Notes under the pieces: model-generated
Database searches by the model: none
What the model was told of the DNA's origin: nothing
The model's input: only the letters and a program-made list of their open reading frames with translations
Origin: Azolla caroliniana
Taxonomy: Eukaryota; Plantae; Polypodiophyta
Assembly (NCBI GenBank): GCA_043228905.1
Contig: JBHGNT010000011.1
Span: forward strand, 1,984,001 to 2,048,000
Direction: 5' to 3'
DNA length: 64,000 nt
Shown: positions 23,860-35,167 of the stretch, piece after piece
Layout of the letters: the number at the start of each line of letters is the position of its first letter
How positions within the stretch are numbered: position 1 is the first letter of the stretch
Program-made: the position numbers and the translations under genes

Positions 23860-26800
23860 ACACAAGAACTTAGATTCGAAAAATAATACTCAATTTGTAC
23901 ATAGGATGTGCTCAGTGAGCACTTTTATACAAGCCCTGACAGTGGGCTGACACAAGTATTGACAGTACTTGACTGCTCATAAATGAGCCTCGACACTTAC
24001 TCCCAAAACTATTCCTTACGAGGAATATCTTTCTAACGGCCTTCTGGTCTACGCACCGATACGGCCTTTCTACGCACCGGTCTGCGTACCGGTTTTATGC
24101 ACCTAGTCTACGCACTGGTTACGCATCGTATTATGCACAAATGTTGAGCTTGTATCTCAACACTCCCCCTCAAGCTCAACTTGAGGTTCCGCCTGCTCTG
24201 TCGGACCTACACTCCGGCTTCTCCTAGCTCCACGCCTCGCTCGCGCTCCTCAGCCTATTCGACTACGTGCGCTTCGACCCTTCTGGTCGACTTGTCTACT
24301 CCCACGGCCCTTCACAAATCCCTTGTTGTCATGGTGTTGGCGCTTCTCTTGCTGCCTTCTTTTCCGCTTGGCCCTCAGTTGATTCAGTGTATCTGAATCA
24401 AACATCCGAACCGACTCGGCTACCTCCGATCGGTTTTCGCTCTCATCCGAGCTCTCATCCGAGTTGGCTGTCTCCAACTCGTCTGTGCTCTTCTCGCTCT
24501 TGACGGCGTCATCTCCCCCATGCCTGGTTGGCTTTGGCTCTTTCTTTCGGCTACTCCCCTTGTGTCCGCTTTCGGACTCTTCCGCGGATCCGCTCTCGGC
24601 TTCTTCAGCCGATCCGAAGTCTTTTCCGCTCCTTTCCTGCTCCCTTTCGTGGTCATCTGGGACGTTTCTCCCCCTCAAGTTCGGCACGTCGAAGTGACAC
24701 AACCCAAGCGCACCCGAAAATTGCCGCAACTTGTCCAGACCAAGAGGCTTGGTGAAGATGTCGGCGGTCTGCCGATCCGTCGGAACATATTGAAGTTCGA
24801 CTTCAGCAGAAAGGACACGCTCTCAGACAAAATGGTAGTGCACCTCAATGTGGTTGGTATGTGCGTGGAAGACGGGGTTCTTCGCAAGTTGGATGTTGTT
24901 GAGGTTGTCGCAGTAGATCGTCGTTGGATCGGACACCTCCTCCTGCAAATCCTTAAGTAGCCGCTTCAACCAAATGGCTTCGCATGTTGCGACAACCGCT
25001 CCTCTATAGTCGGCTTCGGTGCTCGACAGTGCAACTGTCGGCTGCTTCTTGCTACTCCACGCTATCGCGACACTCCCAAGAGAGAACGCATGTCCGGACG
25101 TGGATCGGTGATCGGCGACATTGCCGGCCCAGTCGGCATCAGTGTAGCCGACCAACTGCGGGGCTGTATCGGTCCGATATAGCAGTCCGCGGTCCTTAGT
25201 GCCGCTTACGTATCGCAGTACGCGTTGCGTACACTGAAGGTGCTCCTTGGTAGGTCGCGCCATGAACTGATTGATCACCCCGACCGGATAACTGAGATCG
25301 GATCGGGTGATGGTCAAGTAGATAAGGCTTCCAACAACTTGTCGGAACCTTGTCGGATCGCAAACCTTGCCGGAATTGGGGCGAAGCTTGACAGTTCTGT
25401 CTAGAGGAGCCGAGACGGACTTACAGTCTGCCATCCCGAATTTGAAGAGCATATTCAGTGCGTAATGACATTGGCTGATTAGTATGCCTTCGGGGGTGCG
25501 GATCACTTCGATCCCGAGGAAGTAATGAAGGTCCCCTAGATCCTTCATGTTGAATGATGCCGCAAGCTAGAGCTTCATGCGGTTGATTTCACCTAGGTCA
25601 GCGCCGGTGATGACCAAGTCATCAACATAGAGTAAAATACTGACCGGCCCAAGTCGACCTTTCCGAATGAACAATGAGGAGTCCGATTTTGACGTCGCAA
25701 AGCCCATCCGACGTAGCCAATGCGTGATTTTCGCATTCCAGGCACGCGGGGCTTGCTTCAGTCCGTAAAGGGACTTCTTCAATCGGCATACTGCCGACGT
25801 GTTCGGTCCGGAGTGAAATCTAGGGGGTTGAACCATGTACACTTGGTCCTCAAGCTCACCTTGTAGGAATGCATTCTTTACATCCATCTGATGTAGATGC
25901 CACCCCTTGGCCGCGGCTACTGCGAGCAAAACACGGACTGTCGTCATCTTTGCAATCGGCGCAAACGTCTCGTCGTAGTCGATGCCGTGTTTCTGCGCGT
26001 AGCCTTTTGCCACTAACCGGGCCTTGTATCGGTTGACCGAGCCGTCGGTGTTGTACTTAATTTTGTACACCCACCTACACCCAATCGGCTTCACACCCTT
26101 CGGTGCGTCAACCAGGTCCTAGGTCTCGTTTTCCGCCAATGCGTGCATCTCTCTTCCTCCATCGCGGCGCGCCAATTCGTGTCCTTCGCCGCTTCTGCGT
26201 AGCTCTCCGGCTCACGCACTTCCGCTACACGGGTCATGTACGCATAGTGATGCGCCATGTACTCGTTGTATCCGAACCGCACAACTAGGTTCTTTTGGCG
26301 GGTAGATCGGCGCAATCGGTCATTTGCCGATGTCGAGGTCTTCTCAGCCGACGTGGACTTCATTCCTGAAGGCCCGTCGCCGCTTCCCTCGAAGTCGGAG
26401 TCGCGTCGGTCCGACCCATTCCTATCCGTGCCGGAATCTGACACCTTCTTCTTCCCTTTCTCTTCACGCGTAAGCCGTCTCCTCGGCTTCCTACGCGGGG
26501 AATGCACGGCCGAGTCTCCACTACTCGCCGGCTCTTCATCGGACTGATCGTACCGACTCAATCGTCCATCCGGTCCATTTAACCAAACTGAAATCGGACT
26601 CTCTTCGGGGGTCCCGATTTCAAGCTCAGCCGGAGGCACCTCGGCCTCGCTGTCCTCATTGTCAGAACTCGGATTGGAGGTGAGTTCCGGAGTCGGAGGC
26701 AAGTACCAAGACGCGGACTCATCAAACACAACGTCGCGGCTCACGCGCAGTTGTTTGGTGCGCGGGTTATAGCACTTATAACCCTTCTACTCGTCCGAAT

Positions 26801-29445
26801 AACCGACCAAGATACACTTCTCGGCTTTTGCGTCCAACTTCCTCCTTTTCTCCTTCGGCACATGTACATACGCAATGCTACCGAAAACTCGTAAGTGTCG
26901 CAAGTTCGGCTTTGTTCCAAAGTATAGCTCGTGCGCCGACACTTTTTCTCCGATTCGGTTCTGGATGTATACAGCGGTTCTTACCGCCTCGGCCCAATAG
27001 AACTTGGGCAAGCTCTTCTCCTCCAGCATTGCGCGTGCAGCTTCCACAACTGACCAATTTTTTCTCTCGGCCACGCCGTTTTGCTCCCGCGTGTATCTAC
27101 AACTGAATTCGCGTTGAATTCCCATCTGTTGTAGATAACCGTTGAATTGACCGGAAAAGTATTCTTTTCCGCCATCCGACCGCAGGCACTTGATCTTTCT
27201 TCCTGTTTCCGTTTCCACGAACCCTTTGAGGTCCCGGAAACAGTCGAAGACATCGCTTTAGCTCTCAATGAGGTAGATCCACGTGTGCCACGTGTAGTCG
27301 TCGATGAAGGAGACAAAATATCGGATCCCGCCAAGACTAACGTTTTGTGCCGGCCCCCACACATTAGAGTGTATCAAGTCTAGCTTATTCCGGCTCCGAT
27401 TACGCTCGTTTGGGAAAGGAAGTCAATGTTGCTTCCCAAGCTGGCAGGCTTCACAAATTTGTGCCTTCCGGCCACTAAATTTGGGCAATCCAAACACCAC
27501 TTGTTTCGATTGCAGGTCTTGAAGCCACTAGTAGTTGACGTGGCCTATCCGTTTGTGCCATAAGTCGATGTCCAACTCGACTTTTTGTCCCTTCGCGAAC
27601 ATTGCGGTGCCACCGTCAGTAGAGTCGAGGATAAACATCCTCCCATCTCTACGCCCTTGCGCAATAATACGGCCTTCTTCCTCAATGAAGCACCTAAGAT
27701 GCGTAAACCGAACCTGCATCCCCTGGTCGACGATCTGCCCGACCGACACCAGATTCTTCGTGATGGACAGGACGTGTAACACGTTCATAAGTTTCCCTTT
27801 CTGCCTGACATGGCTCAAGGGAACTTCACCGACATTCGCGATCGGATGCGGAGTGTCGTCTCCAGTTGCGACTACTCCTGGTTGCGTCGGTTTCTCAAGG
27901 TATGAGAACCACTCCTTGTGGCACGTCATGTGGTTTGATGCGCCGGAGTCGACATACCACACCTCGTCTGATTTTGGGATGGATTGTTTCATTGAGTTTG
28001 CTTCGTGTCTCGTCACGAAGACTAACCCTTTTCCGGATCCTTCGGCGTAGTGCGATCGTTGCCGATTTCCTTTGTCGGTATGTCCGGAACCAGACCTCTC
28101 CGACTCGGCGCGCTTCTTCCAGCACTTGCTCTCCCTGTGACCTTTCTTGCCACAGTACCAGCATTTCGTGGTGGATTTCCCTTTCTGGTTCTCGTCGCCT
28201 CGACTCCCCCTATTTCCGGAGGGTCCGGAATTGCTGTCGGCATCACTTTGATGCGTTCTTCCTTGATCCCGTTGGCCGCCTCCATTGCGTACCAACTCGC
28301 CTCGTCCGCCACGACCATGAGGCCTTTCTCCCTCCGTGTACAACATCTTGTTGTCGGTGTGCGTGCTCGTCGACACACCCGCGTCGTTCTCCTCTACCAG
28401 GAGCATTGACTGTAAGTCGAAAAAGGACGGCGTATTCTCCCGGGTACACACTGCAGTTCGGAACGCCTCGAACTTTGACGCCAAACCCCCGAGACAGACC
28501 TGGACCATCTCGCTTTCCTCGATGTTCACATCGATGGAAGCTAAGGAGTCGCATATGTCCTTAATCCTCGAGGTATAGTTAGCCACTGACAAATCGCGTT
28601 GTCGTAGGTTGCTCAACTCCTGTCGAAGCTGAAGCTTCCTAGCTGTGGTGCTCGCGGCAAAAATCTTCTTTAGATTTTCCCATGCACCCTTCGGCGTTTT
28701 TGCATCCCGAACGTAGATTAGCAACTGTTCACCCACACAAGACACGAAGTAGTATAGCACTCTGCTCGCCGATTGTTCCCACGCCGGGAAGTCTTTGTGT
28801 GTCGAATCGGGTGTTGTGTCATTTCCTCCATCGACATAGTAACCATGTCCGAGCAAGTACTAGTGCATCTTGTAGGACCAAGATGTGTAGTTGGTTCTGT
28901 CGAGCTTCTCCGTTGGAAGCGAGCTAGCCATTCCTCTGTCCATCGTTTTCCTTGTTCTTCTTTGTTGGTTTTTCCTTCAAGCAAAGTCAGCTGCAGAGGT
29001 TCTCAACCCTCGCGCTCTGATACCATGAAAAGAATGATGTGCGGAAGCAATATAGGAAAACCGAACAACAGAAAACGTAGGTTTAATGGAAAGCTTAGGT
29101 CTTCACAATACGCACAGGAGAGAGAGAGAGAGAGAGAGAGTAACACAAGAACTTAGATTCGAAAAATAATACTCAATCTGTACATAGGATGTGCTCAGTG
29201 AGCACTTTTATACAAGCCCTGACAGTGGGCTGACACAAGTACTGACAGTACTTGACTGCTCATAAATGAGCCTCGACACTTACTCCCAAAACTATTCCTT
29301 ACGAGGAATATCTTTCTAACGGCCTTCTGGTCTACGCACCGATACGGCCTTTCTACGCACCGGTCTGCGTACCGGTTTTATGCACCCAGTCTACGCACTG
29401 GTTACGCATCGTATTACACACAAATGTTGAGCTTGTCTCTCAACA
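23731..29445 (-). mobile_element. Ty1/copia element D, full length, nested in the gag of B
   Basis: LTRs 23731-24162 and 29026-29445 (about 9 substitutions by eye); perfect TSD ATGTG; PBS gctctgatacca 29014-29025; PPT 24163-24174. Confidence 0.97.
24157..28943 (-). pseudogene. copia D gag-pol with premature stops and a C-terminal extension
   Basis: CWYCGKKGHRESKC, WYVDSGASNHM, LWHKRIGH, integrase core, RT LLYVDD, RNaseH YCDN; the frame continues to TGA at 24157 inside the LTR. Confidence 0.92.
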
Positions 29446-30524
29446 ATGTGCATCACCTCCCACACTGTGGCGTCAATCTTATCCGGTCTCTTGTCTCTGA
29501 ACTGAACTGGCAACCAAAGATCTTTCACCACCAGCATATCCCTCATCTTCGACTTCCACACTGAGTAGTTCGAGCCGATGAGCTTGAACATGCCGCCAAA
29601 CAATTCTTCCATTTTCAGTGTTGTTCGCTCTAATACCAGATTGTGAGGAATAGTGCGGAATACTACTCGGCCACAACCGAGTCTTGAATCACTTCGATAA
29701 GAGTGCAACACAGGAATGGGAATAGATGTACACACAAAAAAGAGTACACAGGATGTTTACGTGGAAAACCCTAAATGGGAAAAACCACGGGAGCCCACAG
29801 ACTCCGAACTATCACTATGAAGAGAAGGGGTACAATTAGAGACTCATAGGCAACAACCTCGAGCTCGGTTTCTTCACCAAGCGGCAGTTACAACAAAGCA
29901 TCACTCTGTATCTCTCTCCCTCTCTCTCTATCGCTCTCTATACAACAGTTACAACAACAATAACGACTACACATATAAAGTGATTGCCCTAAGTCATATT
30001 TATATTTATATGAACTTAGGGCTATTTACAAATATAGCCTCAATGGGCTTTCTCAGAAACATATTTACACATATGTCTTCTACATCCGGTTCTCACCAGG
30101 TCTTCTATGTTCTCAAGATCCCATCCGGAGGGACCGAAATCCCAACATGTACTAGGCTAGATTCGTGGGCCTCCAACGGTCTATCGGTTCCAATCCGATC
30201 TAGCTCCTGGTTCCGGATACCATCCGAACACCAATCTAGTTCTTCGTTCCGGACTCCGATCCAGCTCTGGCTTGTTCAACTGATCTGGATCTGGTTGAGC
30301 TTGTCTACTCAACAAATAGCAATCGAGATGTTCGGGAAGGTTTACATCGACTGATCAATCGTAGTAGTCTATAGATAGGGAGTTGTGGAGGTAGGACTTG
30401 GAGTTGAAGGACTCATCGGTGGTAAGGCCGAGGGGGGTGGGAGTTATGAGGAGAAGAAGACTAGGAGGAAGTGGTAGTGGTAGTGATGTTTTCTGGGTTG
30501 CTTCATACCTCTAAAACTTTTTTG

Positions 30525-30671
30525 TCCCAAACCGGTTCACAAACCGGTTTAGGGATTGGTTTGGTTTGGTTCAGTTTAGGTTTGAGAACCCCAAAACGAT
30601 TTAGGCTTAACTAGTTTGGCTTGGATAAGGCCAAACGAGTTCAGCAAAAACCAAATCATTGCCGATTCCTA
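30525..30671. mobile_element. probable hAT-type MITE end fragment
   Basis: Dense AAACC/GGTTT subterminal motifs ending in cattgccgattccta; no partner TIR found. Confidence 0.35.
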
Positions 30672-31369
30672 ATTGCAGCCAAACCGGCCAATCCGAAGGA
30701 TGAACCAACAGACAAATGGATAACGGACATGATGTATTTCCTGAGCACCAACCTACCACCATAAGGGATGACAAGGGATGAACGGAAACGGTCGACGGTA
30801 CGCAGTCGGAATTTGTAATTGGCTGGAATCGGAAATGTTAAAGGCCGACCACTAGGAGCTGAAGAAGAGTCGATCCGGCAAGTGCCGAAAAATGAGGAAG
30901 AAGGGTAATCAACCTCGAGATTCAGACTAACATATCTGGTTCAGTAGGCCAGTTTTGGAATTTGTCTAATAGGTATAATAGTGGTGTAAATAGTCTTGTG
31001 GAAAAAAAAAAATTGGCTCGTGGATATAGAATCTTTTCCCATCCCACAAAATGATGAGGATTAGATGAAGAGGGAACTGGTTGTGTGTTGGTGGTAGCAT
31101 GGTAGTGTGTTAATATTGAGTTTTCCTGTTACTTCAAGGGCTCCATCTACATCCACGATCATAGTGATCCATCTATTTGAATGCTGGTGCAATACTCGGG
31201 ATGATGAGGATTATGGTGACCATAGATTGACATATTTGCATTCGTGGGGTTTCCCATTCGAATGCAAACGAATACAAATACGAATATGAATGCATGGTCA
31301 AGTATTCATTTAACCAAGAAGAAAAAAGAGTACAAGAACTCCCTCTTTTTTTAGTTTCCTAGGATACAA

Positions 31370-31700
31370 AAAAAGGGACTTGACAATAAAAAGGGACATT
31401 AAAAGAGGGACTTGACACTAATAAAATTTTATAATAAATGTAAAAGTATTCAAAAAAATTTAATAAATAAATAAAATAAAATAAAGGGTCATTAATTCCT
31501 CACTTTTTATTCTCTCAAAATTTATAGATATTTTTATCTTGACATTAAAAATTGGACTTCACACTAATCATATTTCTATAATAAATATAAAAAAAATCAT
31601 TTTTTTTAATTAATTAGTTAAAATAAAGGTTTATAAACTTCCCCTTTTTTTATTTGACACTATAAAGGAGAGTTAATACTAATCATATTTTTATAATCTA
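31370..31700. repeat. diverged AT-rich tandem repeat (~3 units of 130-150 bp)
   Basis: Recurring ttgacact/ttgacatt...ctaat(c/a)a(t/a)attt.tataa motifs near 31411, 31540 and 31654. Confidence 0.4.
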
Positions 31701-34700
31701 TTAATGAATAATTGTTCTTTTTTTAGTGAATTAAATTTAGTATATATTTATTTTGCAAAACGAATGGTTTTATAATATTCTTGGGGCCATTTCGTATTCT
31801 CAAATATTGCGAATATCACGCATGGAGAATATGTTGAATATCACGCATGTATCAATCTATGATAGTGACATTAAAGGCAATAACATGAGTGCACAAAACC
31901 TCGTCTTCCACTATATGTGTTCCCAAATTTCAAAATTTTGGGTATTCCTATATTTTCCTCCAAATAATAAATGATATGTATCTTTAAGATTTACCCATTA
32001 AATATTAGTTAAAATTATAGCTAATTAGTTATAGCCTTTTTAGATACATGTTAGATATAATAATGTTTCTATTCCTATGCTTTCACCTATAACGATACCT
32101 ACTTATACATGCATACCAACATACAAATAAGTATTCTTACACAAATGAGTGCACATATACACTAAGTTATAAAATGTATAAAAAATATTAGACTCACTTA
32201 GTACACTTATGAATCTAAATATCCCTATAGACATATATAGTTACATACACATGATCACACCATCATCAAGGTGGTTGTCAAGGACACTTGAGTGGAAATA
32301 ACTTCCAACTGGGATATTGAAAGACATTACAACAACCTTCATTGAGTGGAGGCTAAGCATGAGGAGATGTAGGAATATCTACAACAATGGAATATGTAAT
32401 GCCTTCCCAACTCAACCATATTCAAAGAAATATCTAGTTGATGGATATTTTCATGAATGATAGCATTAGTTAGACAAGATTGAACATTTTTCAACATCGC
32501 CTGGCCTACTTCTACTTAACCATGGAGCTTGAGAGCAAGTGCATGACAATACTTTATAGTACTAGGAAAACCAATATCATCAATCAATGATAGTATGACA
32601 CAATTGACCGTGACGGGGCATATTGAGAAATCAAGCTTAACCCCACCTTGTCTGTCAAAGTTCACTTGTGCAATAAATGCATGAGAGATACATTTGTATT
32701 CATTGAAGTGGATACTTTATATGTCCCACTAATTATGTGTTAATTGCATGAAGATACCCTTGTATCCAATGAAGTTGACAGTTTAGATGTCCCATTAGCT
32801 CTATCATCATTTAGGTTGATTCAAACTCCTATACAATGATATATAGAATGCTTAAAACTTTGAATTAACCTAAAATGTTGGGAGAGGCAAAACTAATTAG
32901 TTTCTAAGGCTTGGAAAGATTTACACTAAATCAAACTCTTTTGATAAGAATTGGAATCTTGTTTCTTGAAAATAGAGGCAAATGCCAAGATCTAGAGCAA
33001 TATTACATAAGCCAATCATGAGTTGGCAATGGACGTGACCAATGAGGGCTAATATCTAGTGTCCATGTGTGACCAAACCAACAATAGTTGAGTCAATCTC
33101 CCATTGGGTATTGTTGCTCTCCTCAAGTGGATACTAACAATACCTCCATTGCTACCCCAATTTTACCACTCAAATTAAGCCCCCCCCAACCCAACCAATG
33201 ACCTAATTACCCTCCTTAGATTAGCCAGACCATCGTCGAGCTCTCCATTGCTTGATTCTCTTGGGCCTCCTAGTCATCACTCAAGTAATGTGCTTCCTAA
33301 ATAAGTCATATTTGTGTTGAAGTGGTTGTGTGTGAGATGTGTATCAACAATCAGAACCATAGCATTGACTAGTTAGAATACGCTTATTGAAACCCATTGC
33401 ATCAACTCCATAACCTTATTCTTTTGATCTTATATATACATTTTCCCCCTCATTCTTCTAATGTTGTGTCAACACTTTTAACCCTATCCATGAATATAAT
33501 TTCCTCTTGAATACACACATCATTGGGCTCAAAACCATTTTCCATAAACCACCTAAGTTACTCATTGACTTTGTATTATGGAGGCAAATATATTTTATAA
33601 GGCCCATCTATCATATTGCACAATCATTCTTATTGAATACACTTGATATCCCTCTCGACTAGCCCTCAACCACATTTGACAACCCAAAAAAGATAACACA
33701 ACTTCAAACCTATTATTCTTAAACTCTTTTACCTAAATAACAAGAGCTCTATTAACCACTCCATGTTTAAGGACCTCAAACTCCAATATGACAATATTCG
33801 ATGACATTTAGCTAAAGATAAATGTTCAAATACAAATCGAGCAAATAGTATTTTTATTAGCTCATTATAGATTTTTGCCACATCAAGGTGAAATATCAAT
33901 AAATACGTAGCTAATTGTTCCCAAATCCAACATACGCTTTGCAATTTTAGATGTTATCCCATTACAACCCAATCTCCTTACTCTTAACATTCAATATTTG
34001 CTCATATGTTCCATTCCTTTCTTAATTTCCCTTGTTAACTATGATAAGTTGTGTATTTCATGTTCATCATCTCCCTTCTCATGCTCTCTCTATGTACATA
34101 TGATGATTCTCAATGTCAAAGAATTCTACTAATGAACATTCAATTGAGCATGAACATCGCAACTCTATGTCTAGATTTTGGACCACTTTGACAATATGTG
34201 AAAAGCAAACTTAAAAGCACCAAAAGGCAAAGCATTGCATAAAGGTGCAATACTCATGTATGGCCCAAAACTCCTCTGTCACACTTTTTCAACACAAAAC
34301 ATGCATACTCTCGCATTTAAGAGAATGTGACATGAGTTGTACGGAAGAAATGGTGCAAATGACCAAAGGCATGGGCTCTAACATGTCTTGGTGTTTGGGA
34401 GACAGGTTGTGCTATATGTTAAGTATGCATTACCATACGCTAATGACATATAGCACCAATATTTTTATTTCTAGAAGATCTTGAGGCCTTCTGCTACTAG
34501 TTATATGTTCAGAGTTCAAATCCCGGCATGCCATGCATGCAATCATGTTTGGTCCTTCCAAAGTCAAATTGTAAGCACAAATTTATACGGAAGTTAAGTT
34601 AGTTTAGTTTACACAGTTGAAGAAAGCCCTCAGTTGCAGCAAATGGTAATCGAGACCCTCTATCAAGGTATATATATATATACACACACATTGACATCTA

Positions 34701-35167
34701 GACAATATGACTGAAACAGAAAATACCAATTTAAGGAAATCCTCCAAAAACATTTTAGGGTGAAGATCCTCTGCATATCAATCTTCATATGTGAGTTTAA
34801 ATTTTTAATCAGTTCAAATACATCGTTAAGCAACAGTCTTTTCAGCAGTGAATCTATACACTAACCAGATGAGGAACCCACAAAAAGTTTGGCAAAATTT
34901 CATACATTGCATTTACCTGTTACGAAAGCATATCATGTTTACAAAATTCACTCTTTCTTTCAAGGTTCATCCACAGTTTATCAGTATGCAGACAGTTGAG
35001 AGAGATAAGGGTTAGAGGGATAGTGATCAGTATATGCACATGATGTTTTTCTTTTTGAGGAAAGTAGGATTCACATGAGAGATGTGTATGTATATATATA
35101 TATATGTATATATAAGCTGAAAGACTTAATTTTTTGTGAATGCAATCGAAGTAGTCAATATATCTGA

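Larger units (their letters stand above)
19270..30147 (-). mobile_element. Ty1/copia element B, full length, degenerate, interrupted by element D
   Basis: LTRs 19270-19821 and 29642-30147 (TGTGAGG...CCCAACA); TSD TATAC/TGTAC; PBS 29627-29638; PPT ~19822-19836; gag ATG 29612; PR, INT, RT (LYVDDM) and RNaseH (CDSQSAI) fragments 19832-23725. Confidence 0.95.
18060..30314 (-). mobile_element. copia C remnant (gag 18060-18920, PBS, 5' LTR split into 19026-19269 and 30153-30314)
   Basis: gag similar to element D (WEQ..SRVLY, RQELNNIRQ); PBS actctaatacca 19014-19025; LTR end gttgagcttgtctactcaaca at 30314 resembles the D LTR end. Confidence 0.75.

Noticed and set aside
24250-24729. Separate env-like ORF in copia D
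   Set aside because: In frame with RNaseH, hydrophilic, no signal peptide or transmembrane segment; treated as a pol extension
27535-28578. Long plus-strand ORFs (171-232 aa)
   Set aside because: Antisense to copia D gag with no domain motifs
33240-33960. Possible LINE 3' relic
   Set aside because: Only weak Trp-rich similarity and no diagnostic motif
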